From the IMG/VR virus record IMGVR_UViG_3300045988_173726, positions 96,001-160,000 of that record: a DNA stretch of 64,000 bases, one strand, 5' to 3'. Shown in pieces: positions 1 through 7,803 of the stretch (positions within the stretch are counted from its first letter, which is position 1; each line of letters begins with the position of its first letter). This DNA comes from a virus. Under the pieces are notes generated by a model. The model was not told where the DNA came from. It saw only the letters and a list, made by a program, of their open reading frames with translations, and searched no databases. Position numbers and translations under genes: made by a program.

Positions 1-2
1 AA

Positions 3-950
3 CAAAGGAATCTAAGGTTAAGGGTAGTTGCGAAGAAGTCAAGGTTAAACAGGCTGAAACAGAAGCTAAAGGCACTAGAGTACCAATTAAAATCTGGAAT
101 GTTAAAGCTTTGTTTCGGTACAAAACGGCTACTTAAACAAGACCATGATAAGTTTGTTGAACAGCGAGACAGCCAAATGACTCTCATAGGAGCTAAAGAG
201 AAACCAGCGTGTAATCCAGTTTTACAGTTGACTTATAATCGAAGGAGTAATCAGTTTTTGATTCGGTTGCGGAAAGATTTCGGAGGGTATAAGTCAGCAA
301 GAGGTGAGGATAGATATGCTTATGGAAAGGTTTATTTCAATCTTCATAAGACACAGCTTGTATCAATTTTGAGGTATAAGACTAGTCCTCTATCTTATAG
401 AATAATCAAGATGAATGGCAGATATTACCTATATTGTATATTTGAGTTTCAAGTAAGTGCTGGCGATATAGTTACTCGTTCTTCTTACGGAACGATAGGG
501 CTGGACTTTAACAAAGGTTTTGTGACCTTATCAGAGACGAATCAATACGGTCATCTAGTAAAAACACAGTTTATGCCATATCGGTTTAAGTCTGGAAACA
601 AGACAAATACAGACCTACAAGCAATAGCAAATCATGTAGCTAAACTAGCATTGGTAACAGGAAAAGATGTTTGTATAGAGAATCTTGATTTTAGAGCAAA
701 GAAAGCTAAGACAGAATCAAAGATAGGAAAGAAATACAACGAGATGCTTCATTCGTTAGCCTATCGGGAGTTTAGTGACGCGATGAAAAGTGTAGCATAT
801 AGAAACAGAGTTAGATTAAATAAAGTAAATCCAGCGTGGACATCATGGTTAGCAGATAGGATTTATTGTAAGTCTATGAAGTTGAATATACATACTGGAG
901 CTTCATATGTAATAGCAAGGCGTGGACAGGGTTATAAAGACGCTGTGTAA
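3..950 (+). CDS. TnpB-like RuvC-fold protein, copy 1 (5' end lies outside the window); no zinc finger, RuvC-III Asp replaced
   Basis: The frame is open from the window edge. It aligns codon-for-codon with about residue 128 onward of the 4401..5732 ORF. Motifs: GLDFNKG (RuvC-I-like), CIENLD (RuvC-II-like), NPAWTSW (PAYTSQ-like), NIHTGASYVIARRG at the C-terminus. Confidence 0.8.
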   Translation, partial: QRNLRLRVVAKKSRLNRLKQKLKALEYQLKSGMLKLCFGTKRLLKQDHDKFVEQRDSQMTLIGAKEKPACNPVLQLTYNRRSNQFLIRLRKDFGGYKSARGEDRYAYGKVYFNLHKTQLVSILRYKTSPLSYRIIKMNGRYYLYCIFEFQVSAGDIVTRSSYGTIGLDFNKGFVTLSETNQYGHLVKTQFMPYRFKSGNKTNTDLQAIANHVAKLALVTGKDVCIENLDFRAKKAKTESKIGKKYNEMLHSLAYREFSDAMKSVAYRNRVRLNKVNPAWTSWLADRIYCKSMKLNIHTGASYVIARRGQGYKDAV

Positions 951-1176
951 GGAGCATCTAACAATCAATCCTATACAGATGTATTCAACGCAAGACAGTT
1001 GAGCATTTCCCTGTAGGATTAAGTTTACTAGAAACTCTGATAACAATTCTCATTGTGTGGCTACGGTCGAAATGGAATGAGTCTGGATGGAATAGGTTAG
1101 CCGTAAGACCTTGGGTTGGAAAACTCTAAAATTGAGCTAGAAATGTGGATTTCTTAGCTATTTTCTAGTTACGGCT
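951..1176 (+). ncRNA. Conserved structured non-coding module 3' of TnpB-like copy 1 (omega-RNA-like scaffold candidate)
   Basis: No ORF. Alignable to 5733..5965. Stems 968-973/1014-1019 (extended by 976-978/1011-1013 across a 2-nt bulge) and 1097-1106/1169-1178 stay paired in the other copy through compensatory substitutions. Homology stops at the 3' arm of the closing stem. Confidence 0.45.
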
Positions 1177-1334
1177 AACGCCTGCGGAGCGAGAAGAGGT
1201 TTTACGGGGCTTAGAAGCATAAAGCCCCGTAGACGCACGAGACGGCGTTTTACGGGCGGTTAGAGGTTTAAGCCTAAGGAATAGCCTAGGGGCAGTTAGG
1301 CGGCTTGGAGAGGCGTGTAGCGCGTCAGAGAGGG

Positions 1335-1649
1335 ATGAGGGACGATATGGGAGAGCAGAATAGAAATCCGCTTGAGGGGTTACTTGAGGTACGGCGTGAG
1401 GTAAGAAAGCTTTGTCCAGAGCTTTTTCCGAAAGAGGAGCGAGTAGCCTACGGGGTAGTAGGCGAGACAGGAGAGCCTTCGGTGGCGCTTCAAAAGTTTA
1501 ATAAGCTATTGGCGGCACAGACGGGCAGTAAGACAGGAAAGAAGCGAAAGACAGCGGTAAAAGTCCCAGCAAAGCAAGGAAAGGTCGGAGACGGCGAATT
1601 TACGGGAACGAGTTTATTTGAGGCGATGAAACGAGGGGGAGTGCTATGA
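1335..1649 (+). CDS. Hypothetical Lys-rich small protein
   Basis: ORF with in-frame ATGs at 1335 and 1347 after GAGAGGGA. The stop overlaps the next start as ATGA at 1646. The track start at 1305 is a TTG inside a hairpin-rich leader, so the start is uncertain. Confidence 0.5.
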   Translation: MRDDMGEQNRNPLEGLLEVRREVRKLCPELFPKEERVAYGVVGETGEPSVALQKFNKLLAAQTGSKTGKKRKTAVKVPAKQGKVGDGEFTGTSLFEAMKRGGVL

Positions 1650-2065
1650 GTAAGCGCGTGTATGCGAAAGCCGAGACGGTACGAGTTCTAGATAGGTGGG
1701 ACGAAGAAGCGGAAGCTTCACTACAACTGCTTGCGTCCCCGAAGGCAATCGTAAGTCGTGTGAGGACAAATCCGAGAGGGTATTTCAAGCGTGTTAAGTA
1801 TGTTGTTCGACACGAAGGGAATGAATTAACTGAGGTTATAGTGAATTGTGAGGATTTTGATGCAGAGTCACCTTTCTTTGTCGGGACAGAGGAGATGATG
1901 TTTGTGTTTTCAACGCGGGGCAGTATACCTTGTACTTCTTTTACCGTCAAAATTAGCTTTGCAACAGGTTCTATCAAGATATTCGGAACTATAGAAGCGA
2001 TAGGATACTTGACAGACTGGCTTCATGTTCCATTTACAGATTTTAAGCTTGTGAGATACAGGTAA
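1646..2065 (+). CDS. Array paralogue A1 (SRVRTNP / DWLHVP small-protein family), function unknown
   Basis: ATG after GAGGGGGA. Shares VYAKA, SRVRTNP.G, YVVR, TGSI.IFG and L.DWLHVP..DFK with neighbouring ORFs. Confidence 0.8.
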   Translation: MSKRVYAKAETVRVLDRWDEEAEASLQLLASPKAIVSRVRTNPRGYFKRVKYVVRHEGNELTEVIVNCEDFDAESPFFVGTEEMMFVFSTRGSIPCTSFTVKISFATGSIKIFGTIEAIGYLTDWLHVPFTDFKLVRYR

Positions 2066-2083
2066 GAGAATGGGGGTTTTGTT

Positions 2084-2494
2084 GTGAAAGTATATGCGAA
2101 AGCAGTGAAATTGAGAGTACCAGACAGGTGTGACGGGGATATACATGTCACGCTTCAAATGGTTAAGCCTCTAAATGCGGTTTTAAGTAGAATAATGACA
2201 ACGCCGAACGGACGGTTAGTTCGTTCAGAGTATGTTGTTCGGAACGAGCAGGGAGTAACAACTCTTAGAGCAAATTTTGGTGAGTTTTGCGCAGAATCAC
2301 CTGTACCTGACGGCACAGAGCGGATAAGGCTTAGATTTTTAGTACGAGGTGGAGCAATACACACCTCAATTCGTGTCAATATCAATCTTTTGACTGGCTC
2401 TATAGATATATTTGGAAAGTATGGGACAGTCGCAGACTTGACTGACTGGCTTCATGTGTCGCCTAGCGATTTTAAGATTGTGAGAGCCAAGTAA
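2084..2494 (+). CDS. Array paralogue A2, function unknown
   Basis: GTG start after GGGGG. Motifs VYAKA, LSRIMTTPNG, YVVRNE, TGSIDIFG, LTDWLHVSPSDFK. Confidence 0.8.
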   Translation: MKVYAKAVKLRVPDRCDGDIHVTLQMVKPLNAVLSRIMTTPNGRLVRSEYVVRNEQGVTTLRANFGEFCAESPVPDGTERIRLRFLVRGGAIHTSIRVNINLLTGSIDIFGKYGTVADLTDWLHVSPSDFKIVRAK

Positions 2495-2516
2495 GAAAAG
2501 TTAGCGGGGGAGGTTT

Positions 2517-2933
2517 ATGAGTGGTCGAGTTTACGCGAGAGCAGGGAAGATGCGGGTCAGTCCGTTTCGAGATAGCGACAATGATACTGTACGGGCTACA
2601 CTTCAACGGGTAATATATCCGAGGTCATTTCTAAGTCGGTTAAGAACAAATCCGAAGGCGGAGTTTGTTAGCGCTGAATGCGTCATTCGTAATAGAGCAG
2701 AGAGTATACCGCTACGGTTTGAGGATTTGGTAGCTTTTCATTTCCCCATAGGAACGGTAGGTGTGACTTTAAGGTTTAAGCCGCGCTATAGTTTCGGAGA
2801 CAGTCTACTCTCTATTAAGACTAACCTTATCACAGACGATATAGAGGATATAGAGATAGTCGGGAAAAGAGAAGCGGTTGTAGACTTGTTAGAGTGGTTA
2901 CATGTGCCGCTGTCAGAGTTTCGATTGAAGTAG
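2517..2933 (+). CDS. Array paralogue A3, function unknown
   Basis: ATG after GGGGGAGG. Motifs VYARA, SRLRTNPKA, FPIGTVGVTLRF, IEIVGKREAVVDLLEWLHVPLSEF. Confidence 0.8.
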   Translation: MSGRVYARAGKMRVSPFRDSDNDTVRATLQRVIYPRSFLSRLRTNPKAEFVSAECVIRNRAESIPLRFEDLVAFHFPIGTVGVTLRFKPRYSFGDSLLSIKTNLITDDIEDIEIVGKREAVVDLLEWLHVPLSEFRLK

Positions 2934-2946
2934 TTTGGGGTGGTCT

Positions 2947-3402
2947 ATGAGTAAGAAGAGTAAGAAACAGTACGCGAGAGCTGAAGTAATAAGTCCATTT
3001 CTGGGGAGCGGTGGCGATGTGATAAAAGCTTGTCTTAGTATAGTTGTTTCTCCTATGGCATTTGTACGTCGGGTAATAGCGAATAAAATTGGTAAGCTAG
3101 CGGGTGTTGAGTACATTGCTTCTCGTGAAGCTGGCTATCTTCCGATACTGGCAGAAGATTTCCTAGCCAATGCGGATTTACCTAGTAACACGAAATGTGT
3201 AAGGCTTAAGTTCATGTTGCATAGTAGTTTATCCAGCAGTCTATCGGGTGGTATATTCTTAGTATTTGTTAGCTTCCGAGTTGGTCGTGTAGAAATACTC
3301 GGAAAGATGAATACAGTAGTAGCCCTAGTCGATTGGCTTAATGTTCCGTTTTCGGAATTTGAATTTATCCTTCCGAGTTCAGATTCATTGTGTTTAGGTT
3401 AG
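2947..3402 (+). CDS. Array paralogue A4, function unknown
   Basis: In-frame ATG at 2947 (the track start at 2935 is TTG). Motifs QYARAEV, VRRVIANK, VEILGKMNTVVALVDWLNVPFSEF. Confidence 0.75.
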   Translation: MSKKSKKQYARAEVISPFLGSGGDVIKACLSIVVSPMAFVRRVIANKIGKLAGVEYIASREAGYLPILAEDFLANADLPSNTKCVRLKFMLHSSLSSSLSGGIFLVFVSFRVGRVEILGKMNTVVALVDWLNVPFSEFEFILPSSDSLCLG

Positions 3403-3415
3403 GGGGTTTGTGGAT

Positions 3416-3838
3416 ATGAGTGGCAGGAAGTATTTGGATGTGGGCCATTTGAAGATAAGTAGTTCTGGTGGTATGCGAGGTCTATTGCATGTAACTTGCA
3501 AGACTAGCGCTTCTCTAAAGGCACTTGCGAGTAGAGTTTGCACGAATCCGCATAGTAGATTAACGGAAGCCTATTATTTAGTGGCGGGAAGTAGTGGGCG
3601 GCTTAATATCGAGGAGCTAAGTGTGTTGGACTTAAAAGCCTTTCGTTTACCCGAGGTGGCTGTTGGGCTTAGACTTGATTTTTCATCAAAAGGTAAGCTA
3701 GAAAGCAGGATAGGCGGCGAGGAGTTTTCAGTTTGGATTAACTCTGTGGAGAGTAAGCTGGAGATAATTGGCAAGAGAAACGCCGTTATAGAGTTGTGCG
3801 CGTGGCTTAATGCGCCGCTTTCAGATTTAATTAAGTAA
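3416..3838 (+). CDS. Array paralogue A5, function unknown
   Basis: ATG at 3416 lies 9 nt after AGGGGG (track start GTG at 3410). Motifs ASRVCTNPHS, LEIIGKRNAVIELCAWLNAPLSD. Confidence 0.75.
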   Translation: MSGRKYLDVGHLKISSSGGMRGLLHVTCKTSASLKALASRVCTNPHSRLTEAYYLVAGSSGRLNIEELSVLDLKAFRLPEVAVGLRLDFSSKGKLESRIGGEEFSVWINSVESKLEIIGKRNAVIELCAWLNAPLSDLIK

Positions 3839-3861
3839 TTCTGTGTTTAGGAGGTGAGATT

Positions 3862-4257
3862 GTGGGCGAGAGACGGTATCTGGACGATAGTTCCGTAAAG
3901 ATAGCGTGGGTTGGAGATAAATTAGACGCAAAGTTTAGAGTTGTCTCGTCATTAAAGGCGGTTGCGAGCCGTGTTAGGACAAACCCAAAAGGTAAGTTAG
4001 TGGAGGCTTCATGCGTAGTAGCTAGTGGCGGCAGTGTAAGATATGTTATGCTAAGGGTAGCGGATTTAGTTGCCTTCCGTTTACCTGTTGGGACTACTAG
4101 CGTTTTGCTTATTTTTGAGTCGAAAGGTAGTAGGCGCGGGGAAACATTTTCCATTATAATTGACTTAGCGGGGAAGTCGTTAGAGATAATTGGTAACAGA
4201 AACGAAGTAGTAGATTTGTGTTCGTGGCTTCATGAGCCGATTTGGGGGAATATATGA
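3862..4257 (+). CDS. Array paralogue A6, function unknown
   Basis: GTG 7 nt after AGGAGG. Motifs ASRVRTNPKG, FRLPVGTTSV, LEIIGNRNEVVDLCSWLHEP. Confidence 0.8.
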   Translation: MGERRYLDDSSVKIAWVGDKLDAKFRVVSSLKAVASRVRTNPKGKLVEASCVVASGGSVRYVMLRVADLVAFRLPVGTTSVLLIFESKGSRRGETFSIIIDLAGKSLEIIGNRNEVVDLCSWLHEPIWGNI

Positions 4258-4310
4258 CAGAACGAAGAAGCAGTGACAAGAGTTCCGTAAAGATAGCGCG
4301 GATAAATTAG
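4254..4310 (+). pseudogene. 18-codon remnant of a further array paralogue (MTERRSSDKSSVKIARIN*)
   Basis: ATGA-coupled to the A6 stop. The N-terminus matches A6 (MGERRYLDDSSVKIAW) and the gene at 6000 (MEKRRSSGKIKVKRD). It is truncated by a TAG just upstream of the TnpB-like copy 2. Confidence 0.45.
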
Positions 4311-4400
4311 CCGTTTCCAACGATGCAGAGAAGCGGGAATTACGTCTCAATTTTCTATGTTTTAGTTAAGGTTTTCATTAGGGGCATAGGGTGAATTGTA

Positions 4401-5732
4401 ATGCAGAAGCTAAAGTTGACTATAGTAACACAGCTACACGAGGGAAGTAACCGAGGTTTAATTGAATATATGGAAGCTTCCCGTAGGGATTATGGGAAAG
4501 CAATGCGAGAGACTTTCTATGCAATTAAGCGTGGTGGTTTTGATAAGTCAAAGTACAACACATGCCTTCAACATAGACATGGAATTGTTAGTCGAACTGC
4601 AAATGCTATCATTTCTGACGCTCAAGGAAGATTTTATGCTCTTAAGGCGCTGAAAGAGTGTGAGAGGAAGCAGTTAGAGCGAAAGATTAAATATCTTGAG
4701 AGTACAGTTATTCCTAAGTTAGTTGAGCAAAGGAATCAGAATTCAACTAAGCTTCAAGACGGAGTATTTGTTTCGTTGATTCAACAAAGGAATCTAAGGT
4801 TAAGGGTAGTTTCAAAGAAGTCTAAACTAAATAGGTTGAAGCAGAAGCTTGAAGTGTTGAAGTATCAACTAGAAATAGGAAAGTTAAAGCTTTGTTTTGG
4901 AACGAAAAGGTTGTTAAAGCAAGACCAAGAGAAGTTTATTGAGCAAAGGGATAGTCAGATGACTTTCATAGGAGCTAAGGGGGAGCTAGCATGTAATCAC
5001 AACTTGCAGTTGCGCTACAATCGAAGAAGTAATCAGTTTTTGGTTCGATTGCGTAAAGATTTCGGAGGGTATAAGTTAGTTAAAGGCGAAGATAGGTATG
5101 TTTACGGCAAAGTTTATTTCAATCATCACAAGGGACAGCTTGTTTCGATTCTGAGGTCTAAAACTAGTCCTTTATCTTATAGGATAGTCAAAAGGAAAGG
5201 TAGGTATTATTTACACTGTATATTTGAGTTTCAAGTAGGGAACAGCGGTATAGTTACTCGTTCTTCTTACGGAACGGTAGGATTAGACTTTAACAAAGGG
5301 TTTGTGACCTTATCAGAGACGAATCAGTACGGACATTTAGTTAAAACAGAGTTTATGCCTTATTGTTTCGAGTCTGGAAGTAAAACAAAAACAGACTTAC
5401 AGGATGTAGCTAATCATGTAGTTAAACTAGCTTTACGAACAGGTAAGGATATTTGTATAGAGAATCTTGATTTTAGAAGAACAAAAGCAAAGACAGAAAC
5501 AAAGATAGGAAAGAAATACAATGCTATGCTTCATTCTTTAGCCTATCGAGAGTTCAGTGACGCGATGGGGAGTGTATGTTATAGGAACAGTGTTGGATTG
5601 CACAAAGTAAATCCAGCGTGGACATCATGGTTTGCAGAGAGGATTTATTGTAAACCTATGAAGTTGAACATACATACTGGGGCTTCGTATGTAATAGCAA
5701 GGCGTGGGCAAGGGTATAAGGATGCTATATAA
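4401..5732 (+). CDS. TnpB-like RuvC-fold protein, copy 2 (full length, 443 aa); no zinc finger, RuvC-III Asp replaced by His
   Basis: GLDFNKG, CIENLDFRR, NPAWTSW. Only about 15 aa, with no CxxC pairs, lie between NPAWTSW and NIHTGASYVIARRG. The genuine TnpB in this window (24489..25676) serves as an internal comparator. Confidence 0.75.
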   Translation: MQKLKLTIVTQLHEGSNRGLIEYMEASRRDYGKAMRETFYAIKRGGFDKSKYNTCLQHRHGIVSRTANAIISDAQGRFYALKALKECERKQLERKIKYLESTVIPKLVEQRNQNSTKLQDGVFVSLIQQRNLRLRVVSKKSKLNRLKQKLEVLKYQLEIGKLKLCFGTKRLLKQDQEKFIEQRDSQMTFIGAKGELACNHNLQLRYNRRSNQFLVRLRKDFGGYKLVKGEDRYVYGKVYFNHHKGQLVSILRSKTSPLSYRIVKRKGRYYLHCIFEFQVGNSGIVTRSSYGTVGLDFNKGFVTLSETNQYGHLVKTEFMPYCFESGSKTKTDLQDVANHVVKLALRTGKDICIENLDFRRTKAKTETKIGKKYNAMLHSLAYREFSDAMGSVCYRNSVGLHKVNPAWTSWFAERIYCKPMKLNIHTGASYVIARRGQGYKDAI

Positions 5733-5965
5733 ATAGCATTTAACAATCAGTCCTACACAGATGTATCAACGCAAGACAGTTGAGCATTTCCCTGTAGGAC
5801 AAAGTTTAATTAGAAGCTCTGGCAATAATTCTCATTGTGTGGCTCTACGGTCGAAATGGGATGAGTTAGGGTGGAATAGGTTAACCGTAAGACCTTGAGT
5901 TGAAAAACTCTAAAATTGAGCTGGGAATATTGATTTATTAAATTTCGTATTTTCTAGTTACGGTT
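5733..5965 (+). ncRNA. Conserved structured non-coding module 3' of TnpB-like copy 2 (omega-RNA-like scaffold candidate)
   Basis: Aligns to 951..1176. Stems 5750-5755/5795-5800 (extended by 5758-5760/5792-5794 across a 2-nt bulge) and 5883-5890/5958-5965. Similarity to copy 1 ends at 5965. Confidence 0.45.
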
Positions 5966-5999
5966 CATGGCTTTATGTGCCGATTTGGAGGAGTGTGTG

Positions 6000-6671
6000 A
6001 TGGAAAAAAGAAGAAGCAGTGGAAAGATTAAAGTTAAAAGGGACGCTAATGGTCGTTTAGTTCAGACTTTTGACGCCCAAGTTAAAGTTAAGAGGGACGC
6101 TAATGGTGATTTAGTGCAGATTGGCGGCGATAAAGAAACCGTGCGGGTTAAGGCATCTAGTAGGCACGGTATAGGCACTAGGAATTTGGCAGGGGCAGGT
6201 TTGGGTGTTCATCATCTTGTTAAGGACGCGAGCGGTCGTTTAATTGTGTGTGATAATATTGGTAGTGTTCTTAGGGGTAATCTTGGGGGTAAAAAGATAC
6301 ATTCTATAGATATAGACGGTCGGGTTCAGTTATGGAGAGGTAACGGAGTTTGTAGTGTATCATTTGGGATACTGATGGAGCCAAGAGAGTTTTTGGAGGG
6401 ATTGGTACAGTATCCGAATTGCACGAGAGCTGAAGTAGCTCTGATGTATCCGAGTTTTAAGTCTACAAAGTTTACTGCTAATTATAGCTTAGATAAGCTG
6501 ATTAGAAATGGGCTTTCAGAGGACACTCGTGGTATGATTCTTTATTTTAGTCGCAATAGGGAAGTAAACTATAACCTTACAGCGATGGTAAGCTTTATGG
6601 ATAGGATACTGACGCTTACAGGGGATAATGATTATGTGGCGGCGTTGGTTCATTGGCTTAGTGCGAGGTGA
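6000..6671 (+). CDS. Array paralogue B1 (longer, 223 aa), function unknown
   Basis: ATG at 6000 lies 6 nt after GGAGGAG (5987-5993); the track start at 5967 falls in the leader. There is an internal 54-nt tandem repeat (KVKRDANG.LVQ twice, 6030-6119). The C-terminus, LTLTGDNDYVAALVHWLSAR, matches the family. Confidence 0.75.
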   Translation: MEKRRSSGKIKVKRDANGRLVQTFDAQVKVKRDANGDLVQIGGDKETVRVKASSRHGIGTRNLAGAGLGVHHLVKDASGRLIVCDNIGSVLRGNLGGKKIHSIDIDGRVQLWRGNGVCSVSFGILMEPREFLEGLVQYPNCTRAEVALMYPSFKSTKFTANYSLDKLIRNGLSEDTRGMILYFSRNREVNYNLTAMVSFMDRILTLTGDNDYVAALVHWLSAR

Positions 6672-7024
6672 CTTGTGTGAATAGACCGATGGTAAAGCTC
6701 TTACATGTCGAGCAGAATCACGGCGGGGTTGATTGGAGTAGGGTGCTTCACTATAAGATTCTGATAAACACATTAACCTTCGCGAAGATTCTTGTAAAGA
6801 AGAATTTAGATGAAATAGAGTTTATACAGTGTGTGGAGTATGTAAAAGACGAGTGTAGCGGAGCTTGGAAGAGTGAGTGGAGTCGTATTAAGCCAGACGA
6901 GTTCTTAAAGCTTAAGTATCGGCGTAAAGAACGCAAGGAGTATATTATCAACTTCACGAGCTGTAATGTGGCGGTAATTCGTTGTTGGCGGCGGGAAGCG
7001 GATATTGTAGAGGTTAGTTTATAG
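6668..7024 (+). CDS. Small protein within the array (B2), weak family resemblance, function unknown
   Basis: The ORF fills the gap between B1 and B3. The GTG at 6668 overlaps the B1 stop, with an alternative ATG at 6689. No clear RBS. Confidence 0.55.
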   Translation: MTCVNRPMVKLLHVEQNHGGVDWSRVLHYKILINTLTFAKILVKKNLDEIEFIQCVEYVKDECSGAWKSEWSRIKPDEFLKLKYRRKERKEYIINFTSCNVAVIRCWRREADIVEVSL

Positions 7025-7042
7025 CGTTTATAGGGGGAGTTT

Positions 7043-7372
7043 ATGCGGAAAGCGCGAATTAAGCAAGTTGAAGTAGGGAAGTGGAAGCTAACGGAGTCGG
7101 TAGAGAGTTTTCTTCGCTTTGCGCTTAGGGAAAGCAACTTTAGTAACGCATTATTCAAGGTTACTGTAGGAGATGGGGAGCAGTGGAAACAGGTTTCGGT
7201 AGTCGAGGCAGTTAGCTTTGCGAAGCAGACGCTACGGTTTATCTGTATTGAGTATGGCGACCCGTCTACGATGCGAAGTTGTAGTATGTGTATAGACGCA
7301 GGGAGCAGGCTTTTAACGCTTTTTGGTGACGAGGAGCTTATCGGATTTGTTCTTTCCGAGTGCGGGGTGTGA
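7043..7372 (+). CDS. Array paralogue B3, function unknown
   Basis: ATG after GGGGGAG. The C-terminus, RLLTLFGDEELIGFVLSECG, resembles the family's terminal motif. Confidence 0.7.
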   Translation: MRKARIKQVEVGKWKLTESVESFLRFALRESNFSNALFKVTVGDGEQWKQVSVVEAVSFAKQTLRFICIEYGDPSTMRSCSMCIDAGSRLLTLFGDEELIGFVLSECGV

Positions 7373-7803
7373 GAGTGGCGAAAAGAAAGCGTCTTGAAGT
7401 TATTAAGCGTTATATTAGTCCAGACCTGTGTTATGCAGAGGTAACTTGTGAGCTAGGCTGTAAGCCTTCTGCAATTTGTAGCTGGGCGCTTAAGACCTCT
7501 GGGGTTGCAGAGTATGTGGAAATAATGGCAGAGCATAAATTAGGCTTGTGGGGGCGAGTAACACAGTCGGTTCTTGAGCGTGATGTTTTAATAGGGGGCA
7601 GAGAGTTCATGTTCTCTTTTGGTACGAGACCTGATGACACTTTTCTTACCCTTTTTCTTGACTGTAGGTATAGGCAAGTGCGTATTTGTGGAATACCGGA
7701 GTTGATTTTCTCGTTTATAAAGGCATTTAATGGCGCGATAGTGATAAAAAGCCTTTTATATGAGTATGCAAAGGCTGTCTTACAGCACGAAGAGGTGGAA
7801 TGA
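7360..7803 (+). CDS. Array paralogue B4, function unknown
   Basis: GTG at 7360 or in-frame GTG at 7375 after GCGGGGTG. Motif VRICGIPELIFSFIKAFNG. Confidence 0.65.
   Translation: MRGVRVAKRKRLEVIKRYISPDLCYAEVTCELGCKPSAICSWALKTSGVAEYVEIMAEHKLGLWGRVTQSVLERDVLIGGREFMFSFGTRPDDTFLTLFLDCRYRQVRICGIPELIFSFIKAFNGAIVIKSLLYEYAKAVLQHEEVE

Larger units (their letters stand above)
1..1176 (+). repeat. Direct repeat copy 1 (TnpB-like gene plus 3' non-coding module); partner at 4783..5965
   Basis: Window nt 1 aligns with nt 4783. Nucleotide similarity continues through the stop codon and about 225 nt of non-coding sequence, then ends abruptly after TTACGG(C/T)T. Confidence 0.85.

Noticed and set aside
1199-1264. 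Possible mini CRISPR array (GTTTTACGGG.. repeats)
   Set aside because: There are only two imperfect copies, with a 31-nt spacer, and no further units or cas genes. The region is kept as a minor regulatory or structural observation, not as a CRISPR array.
5967-5999. Track start at 5967 for the B1 gene (MALCADLEECV...)
   Set aside because: This start would lie in the guide-like tail directly after the conserved non-coding module and has no RBS. The ATG at 6000 has a GGAGGAG 6 nt upstream and matches the N-terminus seen in the 4254 stub.
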